From Acidobacteriota bacterium (GTDB lineage Bacteria; Actinomycetota; Acidimicrobiia; ATN3), in assembly GCA_003577105.1 (NCBI GenBank), contig QEUQ01000004.1, positions 22,156-86,155 of the forward strand: 64,000 nucleotides of DNA, given 5' to 3'. The translations under genes were made by a program, and so were the position numbers. Shown in pieces: positions 48,150-57,637 of the stretch. Within the stretch, counting starts at the first letter, position 1. Each line of letters opens with the position of its first letter. Below the pieces are notes generated by a model. The model was not told the DNA's origin. It saw nothing but the letters and a program-made list of their open reading frames with translations, and searched no databases.

Positions 48150-48911
48150 TCACGGGTAGATGCTCCCCACCCCTATGAGATACCAGCGGCCGTCGACGCG
48201 TGCCAGCTCCGCGTAGAGGTTCCAGCCGACCTGCGCGAGATCGCTTGCTTCCCGGGGCACCTCGATCGGGCCGATTGTTTCGTCCATTTCCGACGCCGAT
48301 GCCCAGCCGGGACCGAACCAGATCGCGCCCTCTTCAACTCGTGCGATGTCGACGTAGTCTTCGATCAAGTCCGCTTCGTCAAGGTCTTCGAAGCTGGCGA
48401 CACGCGGCCCGCCGAGCGACACTTCATGTAGGAGACCGGTAAGCTTCTCGGCTCGGGGCAGGTCGCGTGCGGCTTCCGCGCCAGCGTCAGCTCCGATTCT
48501 TGCGTCTGCGGAGTCTATGTATTCTCGTCGCTCGAGCCACTTGGCCAGCTTGCGTGTGACGGTTCCCGAAGCTCGCAGCAATTCCTCGCCTGCAACGACC
48601 TTTCGGACCATGAAGTAGCCGAGGAACATGCTCAGGTTCGGGACGATCTGATCGGGACCGAAGAGGTTGGTAAAGGCACCTTCGTCGCCCCCGTCGTAGG
48701 CACGCTGCCATCGCTTCTTGTCGAACTCGCCGAGGTCCTCGTAGGCATAAGAGTTCAAGTAGTCCTTGAGCAGGCCTACCACGTCTGCGTAGTTGCGGAA
48801 GGTGCGCTCTGATAGACGTTCGCGTTCGTCCGCGAGAAAGTCGTCGAGAACCGAGTCGATGCTCGGCGTTTCGGAATTGGCGGCGGAGGGCATGTGCCTA
48901 TCTTGACGCAT
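48150..48911 (-). CDS. Hypothetical protein (~250 aa)
   Basis: Co-oriented, 55 bp upstream of the SEC-C protein; no recognised domain. Confidence 0.35.
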   Translation of the reverse strand: MRQDRHMPSAANSETPSIDSVLDDFLADERERLSERTFRNYADVVGLLKDYLNSYAYEDLGEFDKKRWQRAYDGGDEGAFTNLFGPDQIVPNLSMFLGYFMVRKVVAGEELLRASGTVTRKLAKWLERREYIDSADARIGADAGAEAARDLPRAEKLTGLLHEVSLGGPRVASFEDLDEADLIEDYVDIARVEEGAIWFGPGWASASEMDETIGPIEVPREASDLAQVGWNLYAELARVDGRWYLIGVGSIYP

Positions 48912-48934
48912 TCGCGTTTCGCCTGGCTCTCATG

Positions 48935-49045
48935 GGTCGTATGCGCGCATCCGAGAGGCCATTCGGCTTCCCATCGACGGGCCCGTTGAAGACGGCGCGC
49001 CGGCTCCGGACCCGGAATTCATCTGCGAATGCGTCGACGCGCAAG
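48935..49045 (+). pseudogene. hicB 3'-end remnant (~75% nt identity to 45031-45126)
   Basis: Translates to 'ARIREAIRLPIDGPVEDGAPAPDPEFICECVDA', compared with HicB 'NIREAIRFHIDGLLEDGAPVPDPEFDFEYVDA'. Confidence 0.5.
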
Positions 49046-49079
49046 CACGCGCTGCGCGCCTCGGTGGCCCGTCCGGCGG

Positions 49080-50180
49080 TCAGTGCGAGACAAACGACGC
49101 AGACGTGGCCCGGCCATCCTTGAACGTGAACTGGAAGTCGTATAGCGAAAGCGTGCCGAGGCCAACCACCGACGTGAACTGAACTAGTCCTGGCGGGAAG
49201 TCCGAGGCCGCTGGAAGTGTGAAGAACGGCGGCTCTGGTGGCGCACCCCACGCTTTCACGTTGTCATTTACGAGCACGACGTGATCACCGTTGCCGACAT
49301 CAAGGGTGAACTGCACCTTGTCATAAGCCTCAGTACCAGTAAATGGAATGGGAGCTTTGGCAACCTGATTGCTCAATAACGAGATGTCACCGTTTAGGGG
49401 GGTAAATGGCAGCGTCGCGCCCGTGTCGAAGAAGGCTAGGTTCTTCTCCGCGATTCGTGACCGCTGCCCGTCGCGTTCAAGAAACACGCCCCCCGCCTCC
49501 GAGACGATGCTGGCGCGAATCCTCGAATCCACCATGAAGTCAACTCTAGAAATGTTTGCCGTGTAGCCGTATTTGAGGGAACCCGGGCTGACAAGAGGTA
49601 CGGCCGCAACTCCACGAAGCTTCTCGGGCGGCAGCGCTGCAAATTCGACGATCGCACTGTTCTGGCCTCCATTTGGGAACTGAAATGACATGTGGTCCGG
49701 CCGCAATTGGTCGATGACCGTCTCGACGCCGGGTAGGTTCTCGCCTTCCATGTTTCCCGACACACCAATGATCGAGTGCGGACCGACCCAGTTCTTGAAG
49801 TTCGCATCCCCGTATTTCAGATTCGGTGCGACTTCGACGACCGAATTGTCGGCGCCCAAAGCCTTCAGAGGCGCTGTCGCCGGGCAGAATTCCGCGAATC
49901 CGGCTCCGTAGTAGAAGGTTGGCTTGCTCGGGCAGGTGAGATTCGGGTCTTCGGGGTGACCGCCTACAAAGAGGTAGACGCTCCCGGTATCGACTTGGCT
50001 TCGAATGCGCTCGTTGCCGCGGACCAAGATCATGTCTGTGCTCGACGGAAATTGATCTTGAAGGGTCGGCTGGAGCTGTAGAGCAGTGCTTTGGAGGCCG
50101 GGCGGCTTTGCGCAAGCTGTGAGCGCGACGAACGCGAAAGAGAGAATCACTGCCCGGGCCCTCGGCTTATTGCGACGCAT
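49080..50180 (-). CDS. Putative lipoprotein / secreted protein, unknown function
   Basis: Signal peptide with lipobox 'AFVALTAC'; 366 aa. Confidence 0.45.
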   Translation of the reverse strand: MRRNKPRARAVILSFAFVALTACAKPPGLQSTALQLQPTLQDQFPSSTDMILVRGNERIRSQVDTGSVYLFVGGHPEDPNLTCPSKPTFYYGAGFAEFCPATAPLKALGADNSVVEVAPNLKYGDANFKNWVGPHSIIGVSGNMEGENLPGVETVIDQLRPDHMSFQFPNGGQNSAIVEFAALPPEKLRGVAAVPLVSPGSLKYGYTANISRVDFMVDSRIRASIVSEAGGVFLERDGQRSRIAEKNLAFFDTGATLPFTPLNGDISLLSNQVAKAPIPFTGTEAYDKVQFTLDVGNGDHVVLVNDNVKAWGAPPEPPFFTLPAASDFPPGLVQFTSVVGLGTLSLYDFQFTFKDGRATSASFVSH

Positions 50181-50339
50181 TCTTCGACCTCTCGCCGGCG
50201 ATAAACGATGCGTTCGCGGGGATCACGGCGATACCGGATGCTCCCAGGAGTCCGTGAGTCTACCCGCTCGTAGGGGGGGTGCCGTGCCGCTGTTACCCGG
50301 CCGTCGAATCTGTCATACCACCCGAATAGCGTCGGAACC

Positions 50340-50591
50340 ATGAATACAGAACGGCTGCTGCGCAAGATCAAACAAGGCAACGTGAACAACGTCGCCCTTG
50401 CCGATCTGCATCGCCTCCTCGTCGGTCTGGGATTTGACTTAGCACGTGTTCGTGGCAGTCATCACGTCTACAGCCACCTCGAATGCCGCGAGATCGTCAA
50501 TGTGCAGGAGGTCGGAGGCCAAGCGAAGCCATATCAGGTTCGGCAGATCGCGCATCTGATAGACCGCTACAATTTGGAGCTGGAGGCGTGA
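50340..50591 (+). CDS. hicA: HicA-family toxin
   Basis: 'LHRLLVGLGFDLARVRGSHHVY' motif; motif TGTCATACCACCC lies 20 bp upstream. Confidence 0.7.
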   Translation: MNTERLLRKIKQGNVNNVALADLHRLLVGLGFDLARVRGSHHVYSHLECREIVNVQEVGGQAKPYQVRQIAHLIDRYNLELEA

Positions 50592-50809
50592 ACTTGTCGG
50601 ATTACGCGATCAATATCTTCTATAGCGAGGACGACGCCGGCTATATCGCCGAAATTCCGGAACTCCCTGGTTGCTCGGCCTTTGGAGACTCACCCGAGAA
50701 AGCGCTGGCCGAATTGCAGGTTGCGCGAGGAGCCTGGATTTCCGCTGCCAAAGAAAGTGGCATTGAGATTCCGAAGCCCGTGACTCGACACGCCGCCTCG
50801 GGCAGTTAG
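50588..50809 (+). CDS. hicB: HicB-family antitoxin (GTG start overlapping the hicA stop)
   Basis: 'INIFYSEDDAGYIAEIPELPGCSAFGDSPEKALAEL' UPF0150/HicB. Confidence 0.65.
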   Translation: MNLSDYAINIFYSEDDAGYIAEIPELPGCSAFGDSPEKALAELQVARGAWISAAKESGIEIPKPVTRHAASGS

Positions 50810-50864
50810 TCGACTAGACGCACACCCCCAAGAATTGTCATACCCCTCTGACACACTCAGAGAC

Positions 50865-51371
50865 ATGAACGCAATTAACTTCCGAGACGAAATTCTCTTT
50901 CGAATCGATCACGCAATTGAGCAACACGGCTACTTCATTCAGTACGTCGTGGGCGATGGCCGGCACCCGACTTGGGCCTACACGATCGGATGTCTGAACC
51001 TCGACCGTCCCGAGGCAGTCGTCGTCGGCCTTGATCCCGAATCGACTGCAGGAATCCTCCGATGCTACTGGCATGCGATTTCAAGCGGTGCCGATCTGGC
51101 GACAGGCCGCGAGGTCGAGCAGCCGGCCTTCGACCGCCTCGCACGCCTCGTCGAGGTCGCCAAGCGCCACTGGCGGGGCAAAGAAGATCTCATGCTTGGC
51201 TGCCGCAACTACTATCGGTCGATCGGCGGATTCCCGTCTGCGCCAAGGGCGGTTCAGATCGTCTGGTGCGATGACGATGGTCGCTACCCATGGCACGAAG
51301 GATTCCCATCGAAACTTCGCAAGCTCCAGGTGCTCTACGACGATGGCAGGACTCCAGTTGACAGCGAATGA
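50865..51371 (+). CDS. Hypothetical protein (~168 aa)
   Basis: Motif ATTGTCATACCCC lies 20 bp upstream; no recognised domain. Confidence 0.35.
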   Translation: MNAINFRDEILFRIDHAIEQHGYFIQYVVGDGRHPTWAYTIGCLNLDRPEAVVVGLDPESTAGILRCYWHAISSGADLATGREVEQPAFDRLARLVEVAKRHWRGKEDLMLGCRNYYRSIGGFPSAPRAVQIVWCDDDGRYPWHEGFPSKLRKLQVLYDDGRTPVDSE

Positions 51372-51658
51372 GATATCCTTACTTCTGCCTCATAGTAAGG
51401 ACTTCCCGATTGGACGTAGCAGCCAAGCTCACATCGAAGGGCCAAGTGACGATTCCGAAGCCGGTGCGAGACGCACTCGAACTCGCCGAGGGCGACGCGG
51501 TCGTGTTTCGAATCGAGGGCAAGACCGCAACAATGGCGCGCACGCCGAACCTGCTCGACTTGGCAGGCTCGATCGATGTTCCGGCGAGCCGGCGCAGCGA
51601 GCGCTGGGGTGAGGTCCGGCGCGCATCCAGAAAGACGCGGAGCGCCAAGCGGCGGTGA
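51368..51658 (+). CDS. vapB: AbrB/MazE/SpoVT-family antitoxin (VapB-like)
   Basis: 'AKLTSKGQVTIPKPVRDALELAEGDAVVF' swapped-hairpin motif. The first ~15 codons are likely not translated. Confidence 0.6.
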   Translation: MRYPYFCLIVRTSRLDVAAKLTSKGQVTIPKPVRDALELAEGDAVVFRIEGKTATMARTPNLLDLAGSIDVPASRRSERWGEVRRASRKTRSAKRR

Positions 51659-52059
51659 CTGCTCTCGTTGACACCAACGTCCTTGTTCGCCACCTCACAG
51701 GCGATCCGCCCGCCGCGGCAGCAAGTGCGACGAGGCTTCTCGGATCTGCCAAAGACCTGCTGATGCCCGATCTCATACTCGCCGAAGTTGTCTATGTGCT
51801 CGAGTCGTTCTACGAGGCCCCGCGTGCTCAGGTTGCCGAGTGCGCACGCTCGATACTCGGGTTCGAGCCAATACGCGTCGATGACCCAGCGCTGCTAATG
51901 CGAGCAGTCGAGGTCTACGAAACCGACCGAATCGACTTCGCAGAGGCTTATCTGGTGGCAACCGCCGAGGCAACGGGTATCGACACGGTCGTGTCATTCG
52001 ACAAGTCAATCGACCGAATCGAGAGCGTCGAGCGCGTCGATCCCGGCAAGGTCAAGTGA
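51655..52059 (+). CDS. vapC: PIN-domain toxin VapC
   Basis: 'ALVDTNVLVRHL' PIN N-terminus; overlaps the antitoxin stop by 4 bp. Confidence 0.8.
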   Translation: MTALVDTNVLVRHLTGDPPAAAASATRLLGSAKDLLMPDLILAEVVYVLESFYEAPRAQVAECARSILGFEPIRVDDPALLMRAVEVYETDRIDFAEAYLVATAEATGIDTVVSFDKSIDRIESVERVDPGKVK

Positions 52060-52142
52060 CTGGCGGAGCGAGGCCCGCGCCGACGCACGGCCCGCGCCAG
52101 CCCGTACTCTTGGCCACTCGCCGCGAATCAGAGGTAACTCAC

Positions 52143-53462
52143 ATGAATCAACGGCGCCAGATGCCCGTCATGGCGGCCCTCGCCGCCGCACTCCTCGTCT
52201 TCACGTCCGCATGTACCAAGGCTGACGAGACCAAGACTGCCCCACCGTCACCTAACGTGAAGACGAAGGCGGGTACCGGCAAATATGCGTGGACGCAATT
52301 TGGCCCAGGATCGACTGTTCTCGTGCGCTCAGTGGCCAAGGGTGGCTGCCCTGACGCACACGTCGACGGCGCAACGGTCAAGTCAGAGGTTTTCGCGCAT
52401 CCGACTCAGAACTTCCCCATGACCACGTGCCAAGCCGAGATCGCGCCAACCGCAAAGTCGGTGACGATCGACGGAGTCGCGGTGCCGCCGCCGCCGAAGC
52501 AGCTCGAGAAGGTCATTGTCGTCGGCGATATCGGCTGCTACATGCAGGGAAAGGACTTCCAGGCATGTCTCGATCCGAGCCAATTCCCGGCGGCCGCCCT
52601 CGCCAGGCAGATCGAAGCAGCCAAGCCCGACCTGGTCGTCTTTGTCGGCGACATCTACTACAGCCAGACCGAATGCCCGCCCGAGAAGGCGGCAGAGTGC
52701 GGCGGCGTACCGACCGGAGACAACTGGGAATCGTGGGCGTACGACTTCTTCGACCCGTATTCGCCCGCGCTGAGCGCAGCGCCCTGGATCTTCACGCGAG
52801 GCAATCACGAATCGTGTGACACCAAGAACGACAACGGCGGGCCGGGGTGGTTCCAGGTGCTCGCCCCGGCCAACATTCCGTGTTCGAACAACACCGACCC
52901 CTACCGGGTCGACATCGCCGGGCAGTCGTTCATCGTCTTCGATTCGGCAATTGCCGATGACAATCCGGCCAAGGCATCACAAGTGCCGGACTACGCCGAG
53001 AACTTCAAGAAGGTTCACGAGCTTGCCGCAGGGCACCCCAACACGTGGTTTGTCGATCATCGCCCGCTTTGGGCTGCGGCCGAATCAAAGAAGGGGCCGT
53101 ATGCCCTAAACCAAACGCTCCAAGATGCAATCAAGAGCTCAGGAAACACGCTGCCGGCCGATGTGTCGCTGATCCTCTCGGGCCACATGCACTCGCTGGC
53201 GTATTACACGTTCGCCGATGGCCGCCCCGCCCAGATCGTCTCGGGTGGCGGCAGCGCGATTCTCGACAAGCACACCGGAGACTTCGCGCAACAGACAATC
53301 GACGGTGTCACCTTTGCCGGCGCGGAGATCACCGCGCAGTTCGGGTATGTGCAGCTCCATCGCATTGACGATCGAGCCAATTGGCAACTGGAGTTTGTAA
53401 CGAAGGGCGGTTCGGTTTGGAAGCAGTGCCGTCTCGCCGGCTCGAAGCTGGACTGCGCCTAA
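52143..53462 (+). CDS. Metallophosphoesterase (calcineurin/purple-acid-phosphatase-like) lipoprotein
   Basis: Lipobox 'LVFTSAC'; 'VIVVGDIGCY', 'VVFVGDIYY', 'RGNHES', 'LSGHMH' phosphoesterase motifs. Confidence 0.7.
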   Translation: MNQRRQMPVMAALAAALLVFTSACTKADETKTAPPSPNVKTKAGTGKYAWTQFGPGSTVLVRSVAKGGCPDAHVDGATVKSEVFAHPTQNFPMTTCQAEIAPTAKSVTIDGVAVPPPPKQLEKVIVVGDIGCYMQGKDFQACLDPSQFPAAALARQIEAAKPDLVVFVGDIYYSQTECPPEKAAECGGVPTGDNWESWAYDFFDPYSPALSAAPWIFTRGNHESCDTKNDNGGPGWFQVLAPANIPCSNNTDPYRVDIAGQSFIVFDSAIADDNPAKASQVPDYAENFKKVHELAAGHPNTWFVDHRPLWAAAESKKGPYALNQTLQDAIKSSGNTLPADVSLILSGHMHSLAYYTFADGRPAQIVSGGGSAILDKHTGDFAQQTIDGVTFAGAEITAQFGYVQLHRIDDRANWQLEFVTKGGSVWKQCRLAGSKLDCA

Positions 53463-53606
53463 ACCACCCACGCGCGCCCAGTCAATGGCCGGCGGAAGGC
53501 GATCTCTGCCCCGATGGTCTCGCCTCGTGTTGCGTGGCATACGGCCTTTCCAAGAGCTGCTAACGTCAAAGTCTCACCAACGAGCACCGTCTGGGAAGGG
53601 CCGGCA

Positions 53607-54284
53607 ATGACTAGATTTGCGCGGACGACGAATTGGCTAGTAGCAGCAGCCGCAGTAACGGTCTTGATCGCCGCAACATCGTGCTCAAAGCCGGTCCAGG
53701 TCGAGGACGATGCCTACAAGAGTCCAGAGCCAAAGGCCACGCCTCCTGCCCTCACGGAGGGCACAGGGCCAGGCGACTCGATGCGAACCAACAACGTGAT
53801 CCTCTTCACCCTCAACGGCTTCCCCAATGGCTTCCAGTTGACGGGATACAAGGTGTCGAGTGGCCAGCCATGGGGTGGCGTGACGACGTCATCAACTCAG
53901 TACGAAGGCGAACCCGCCTTTATAGTCACGGCTAAGGCAGGCCGGCACAAGACGACGGATGTAGCCGACTGGTTCAAGGATCAGGTTGGCGGCGGCCAAA
54001 TGCTCGGCGCAAAGAGCAGTTCGTCGTCGCCGGATCAGCTGAACTTCGCCATTTGCGGAAACCTCACCTTCGGGGACGGATTCGAGCAGTTCACCCGCCT
54101 GGGGCAGGGAAACGACAGCGTCGAAAACGACTGGTGGGTAGGTGGGCCCGCGTACAACCAGAAGGGAAATGTGGGAGGCATGGCCGCGCTCTGTACGACT
54201 GGCCAGTCTCAAACCGTGGGTTTCACCCAGACTCCGCCCAATGCCGCCGCCGATCAATACTTCATTGTGAATCGCTGCTACTGA
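53607..54284 (+). CDS. Putative lipoprotein, unknown function
   Basis: Signal peptide with lipobox 'LIAATSC'. Confidence 0.4.
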   Translation: MTRFARTTNWLVAAAAVTVLIAATSCSKPVQVEDDAYKSPEPKATPPALTEGTGPGDSMRTNNVILFTLNGFPNGFQLTGYKVSSGQPWGGVTTSSTQYEGEPAFIVTAKAGRHKTTDVADWFKDQVGGGQMLGAKSSSSSPDQLNFAICGNLTFGDGFEQFTRLGQGNDSVENDWWVGGPAYNQKGNVGGMAALCTTGQSQTVGFTQTPPNAAADQYFIVNRCY

Positions 54285-54365
54285 ATCGAGCGGGGCCGCC
54301 AGGCGCAAGTCACGGATCGGAGTAGGTAAGCCAGGGCCACGGGAATGCGCCAACCACCTCGATGC

Positions 54366-54725
54366 TCACCGAGAGGAATTGGCAAACTCGCGGACCGGCC
54401 GAGTCCTCGGCCCACTTTCGAACCCGATCAACAGCCTCACCCCGAGAGCATTCGCAACTCGCTGGAGTGTGTGAACAGAGACCCTGTGACGCCCGCTCTC
54501 GAGACGCGAGATCGCCGAGTGGCTAGTTCCGACGCGCTCGGCGAGTTGCTGCTGAGATATTCCAAGTGATGCTCGGTGCTTGATCACCAACCTGGCTAGT
54601 TCTTCAAACTGAGCCAAACGTTGCTGCTCGGCGGCGTACTCAGGGCTTCTACTCGAACGAAGTCGACGCGTGTCCGCGACTTTCGACCCTACAGGTTCCA
54701 TCTTCGCCATGACTACCCTCCACAC
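54366..54725 (-). CDS. higA: HTH XRE-family antitoxin (HigA-like)
   Basis: 'LGISQQQLAERVGTSHSAISRLESG' HTH; downstream of the toxin. Confidence 0.7.
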   Translation of the reverse strand: MWRVVMAKMEPVGSKVADTRRLRSSRSPEYAAEQQRLAQFEELARLVIKHRASLGISQQQLAERVGTSHSAISRLESGRHRVSVHTLQRVANALGVRLLIGFESGPRTRPVREFANSSR

Positions 54726-54793
54726 CTAAGTCACAAGTTTATCAATATTGATACAGTCACCTCAACGCCGACTCGAGTCGACTCCCTAGCGAG

Positions 54794-55195
54794 TCATGGC
54801 GCGTCGTGGCCCGCAGCCCTAGGCCGGCGGCGTCGTAGGGCATTCATTCGTGCCTTGAAATCAGCCCAACGCGCCTCCGCGATCTGGATTTCGGTTTCCG
54901 GAATCCGGCTCGTCGTCTTCTGGAAGACGTGAAGAAGTACGAGCAGATTGCGCGAACGCCGATAAGGAACCCGGTACTGCTCCCTCCCGAAATGACACCG
55001 GAGTTCGCGAAGCTCTCCTCTGACCTGCGAAGTGTGGGGAAACGGCAGGTGCGCCATGTCGCCCGAAAGCATGTTTAGCCGGTCAATCTGGTTGTCGAGA
55101 GCGACCTGCCGACGCGTGTCAAGTTGATCAATGAAGTCGTTTACCGGCTCCGTACCGTCAGACGCTCGGTAGTGGACGGCCTGGAAATTTCCCAT
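54794..55195 (-). CDS. higB: RelE/ParE-superfamily toxin (HigB/Gp49-like)
   Basis: Same family as 5633-6106 ('VRGELRELRCHFGREQYRVPY'). Confidence 0.6.
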   Translation of the reverse strand: MGNFQAVHYRASDGTEPVNDFIDQLDTRRQVALDNQIDRLNMLSGDMAHLPFPHTSQVRGELRELRCHFGREQYRVPYRRSRNLLVLLHVFQKTTSRIPETEIQIAEARWADFKARMNALRRRRPRAAGHDAP

Positions 55196-55264
55196 GGTTG
55201 GAACCTACCTTTGGCCTATGACACTCAGGATCCGCATATCGCGGTATGGCGTAAACCGCGGATC

Positions 55265-55345
55265 GGAGCAGGCGAGCCAGGGCCACGGGAATGCGCCAAC
55301 CACCTCGATGCTCACCGAGAGAAGTCGGCGAACTCGCGGACCGGC
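55265..55345 (-). repeat. Duplicate of the higA 3' end (~90% identical to 54335-54425)
   Basis: A run of 45 identical nucleotides, 'ccagggccacgggaatgcgccaaccacctcgatgctcaccgagag'. The peptide '...RPRPVREFADFSR' compares with HigA '...RTRPVREFANSSR'. Confidence 0.7.
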
Positions 55346-55415
55346 CGAGGCCGAGGATCAGACGCGCTAAGGTAAGAATTGATCTCCCCCGGCGCAGAGA
55401 GCCGATGGAATCCGG

Positions 55416-57398
55416 ATGGGCCGGTTGAGGAATCACATGTCAAACCGCCTCTCCGGCGAGACAAGCCCATATCTTCGCCAGCACGCAGATAACCCGGTTG
55501 ACTGGTGGCCCTGGTGTGACGAGGCCTTTGCCGAGGCCAGGCAGCGAAATGTCCCGATTCTGCTGTCAGTCGGCTATTCCTCTTGCCATTGGTGTCATGT
55601 GATGGCGCACGAGAGCTTTGAAGACCCGGCAACCGCTACGCAGATGAACTCAGACTTCGTAAGCATCAAGGTTGACCGGGAGGAACGCCCCGACATCGAC
55701 TCCATATACATGGACGCCGTGACTGCCATGACCGGTCGCGGCGGATGGCCAATGACCGTCTTTCTCGACCACGACGGCCGCCCGTTTTTCGGTGGCACCT
55801 ACTTCCCACCCGATGACCGACCCGGCGTGCCGTCGTTCAAGAGCCTCATGGCCGCGATTACCGAGGCCTGGAAAGAGAGCCGCAGCGAGGTTGAAGCGCA
55901 AGCGGCCAAGCTGGCCCAGGCAGTCATTCCGCCAAGTTTCGCAAACCCGTCGGCCCCCAGTGCCGCCCTCTTGGACAAGGCCCTGCGCGCCTTGCAGTCC
56001 ACCTACGACTTCGAGTTTGGCGGATTCGGGTCAGCTCCGAAGTTTCCCAACACTATGAACTTGGCCTTCTGCCTCGCGATGGCCTACCCCGAAGATGAAC
56101 GCACCCTTGCGATCGTGCGCAACAGCCTTAGATCCATGGCCCTTGGCGGCATTTACGACCAAGTCGGCGGTGGGTTCGCCCGCTACTCAGTCGATGAGAG
56201 ATGGGAGATCCCCCACTTCGAGAAGATGCTCTATGACAACGCGCAACTTGCGCGCCTGTACCTCTGGGCGGGAATCGCCCTCGACTCACCCTTCTTCATC
56301 CGGATTGCAACCGAAACCCTCGACTATCTAGCACGGGAAATGCTCGACGAGTCAGGCAACTTCTACTCCTCCACCGACGCTGACTCCGACGGCGAGGAAG
56401 GGAAGTTCTTTGCCTGGAGCTATGAGGAATTCATCGAAGTAGCAGGGGAAGACGCAACCAGGCATTTCGGGGTCACCAGAAATGGCAACTTCGAAGGAGA
56501 GAACGTACTGACAGCTGCGCGCCCGCTCGAAGAACTCGAAAATCAAGAGCGCTTAGCAATCGAATCCGCTCGAGAAGCGCTCTTTGAACGGCGTTCCCGC
56601 AGAACTCGCCCTTCGACCGACGACAAGATTGTCTGCGCATGGAATGGCCTCGCGATTTCGGCCTTTGCTGACGCCGCAAGGGCGCTCGGGCGCACCGACT
56701 ACCTCGACATTGCACTGAAGTGCGCCGAGGCCTGGCTCGCCGAGATTCATGCCGATGAGCTCGTGCGGATCAAGGGCGGCGACGTGCCTGCATTTGCAGC
56801 CGACTACGGGCTTCTCGGGCTCGGCTACATCTCGCTATTTGAGGCCACAGGGCAATGGCGCTGGGTCGACGAAGCCAAACACCTCGCCTCGACACTCTTT
56901 TCGAATTTCAGGGATGAGAGCGACGGGTTTCTCTTCACCACATCCGATAAGACCCTAATTGCCCGCCCTAAGGAGCTCTTTGACAACGCTGAACCAAGTG
57001 CTTCCTCGGCAGGGGCAGAGCTTGCATTGCATCTCGCAACGCTGACTGACGATCAGTCACTGCGCGAGGCGACCAAGAAGATCACCTCGAGTGCGTCAGG
57101 ACTGATCGAACGTGCTCCAGGCGGCTTCGGGGCGATGCTCCAGGTGATTGCCAGACAGCTCGCACCCCCGGTCGAGATCATCGTTTCAGGTGACGACCTT
57201 GCGGCTGAGGCCTGCAGGCGATTTCTGCCATTTGCAGCACTCGTTACCGGCGCAGTTGGGGCAGATCCCACGACGCCTCTACTACTTGGGAAGGATTTGG
57301 CATCCAGACCGGTTGGTTACATTTGTAAGAATTACGCATGTGATGCCCCTGTATACGATCTGACCGGTTTGCGCTTGGCCCTTGACGAGGCTCGCTGA
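55416..57398 (+). CDS. Thioredoxin-domain protein YyaL/SPATA20-like (DUF255 + six-hairpin glycosidase-like domain)
   Basis: '[17 protein letters not shown]...[22 protein letters not shown]' DUF255 signature. Confidence 0.85.
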   Translation: MGRLRNHMSNRLSGETSPYLRQHADNPVDWWPWCDEAFAEARQRNVPILLSVGYSSCHWCHVMAHESFEDPATATQMNSDFVSIKVDREERPDIDSIYMDAVTAMTGRGGWPMTVFLDHDGRPFFGGTYFPPDDRPGVPSFKSLMAAITEAWKESRSEVEAQAAKLAQAVIPPSFANPSAPSAALLDKALRALQSTYDFEFGGFGSAPKFPNTMNLAFCLAMAYPEDERTLAIVRNSLRSMALGGIYDQVGGGFARYSVDERWEIPHFEKMLYDNAQLARLYLWAGIALDSPFFIRIATETLDYLAREMLDESGNFYSSTDADSDGEEGKFFAWSYEEFIEVAGEDATRHFGVTRNGNFEGENVLTAARPLEELENQERLAIESAREALFERRSRRTRPSTDDKIVCAWNGLAISAFADAARALGRTDYLDIALKCAEAWLAEIHADELVRIKGGDVPAFAADYGLLGLGYISLFEATGQWRWVDEAKHLASTLFSNFRDESDGFLFTTSDKTLIARPKELFDNAEPSASSAGAELALHLATLTDDQSLREATKKITSSASGLIERAPGGFGAMLQVIARQLAPPVEIIVSGDDLAAEACRRFLPFAALVTGAVGADPTTPLLLGKDLASRPVGYICKNYACDAPVYDLTGLRLALDEAR

Positions 57399-57587
57399 AG
57401 CAAACCAGCAGGTCAGACGTGAAAATTGCTAAAGCGCTTTAGTTGAACTGCTTGTTTGACTACAATTAGATGTCCTGCCGGCGACCTGGTCGGCTAAGTA
57501 GGCGTGAGAAAACGCGCGGATACCCAAGTAACGCGACCGGAAGACAACTAAGACCTCACAAACCTGCGTATTTCAACTAGACACGAC

Positions 57588-57608
57588 CGCCCGCGTTCGA
57601 GCGCGGGC
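57588..57608 (+). promoter_or_regulatory. Hairpin 'gcccgcgttcgagcgcgggc' in the 5' leader of the sigma-factor gene
   Basis: 8-bp GC-rich inverted repeat about 30 bp upstream of the ATG. Confidence 0.3.
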
Positions 57609-57637
57609 GCCATCAACGAGAAGGACCAGAAACCTAG

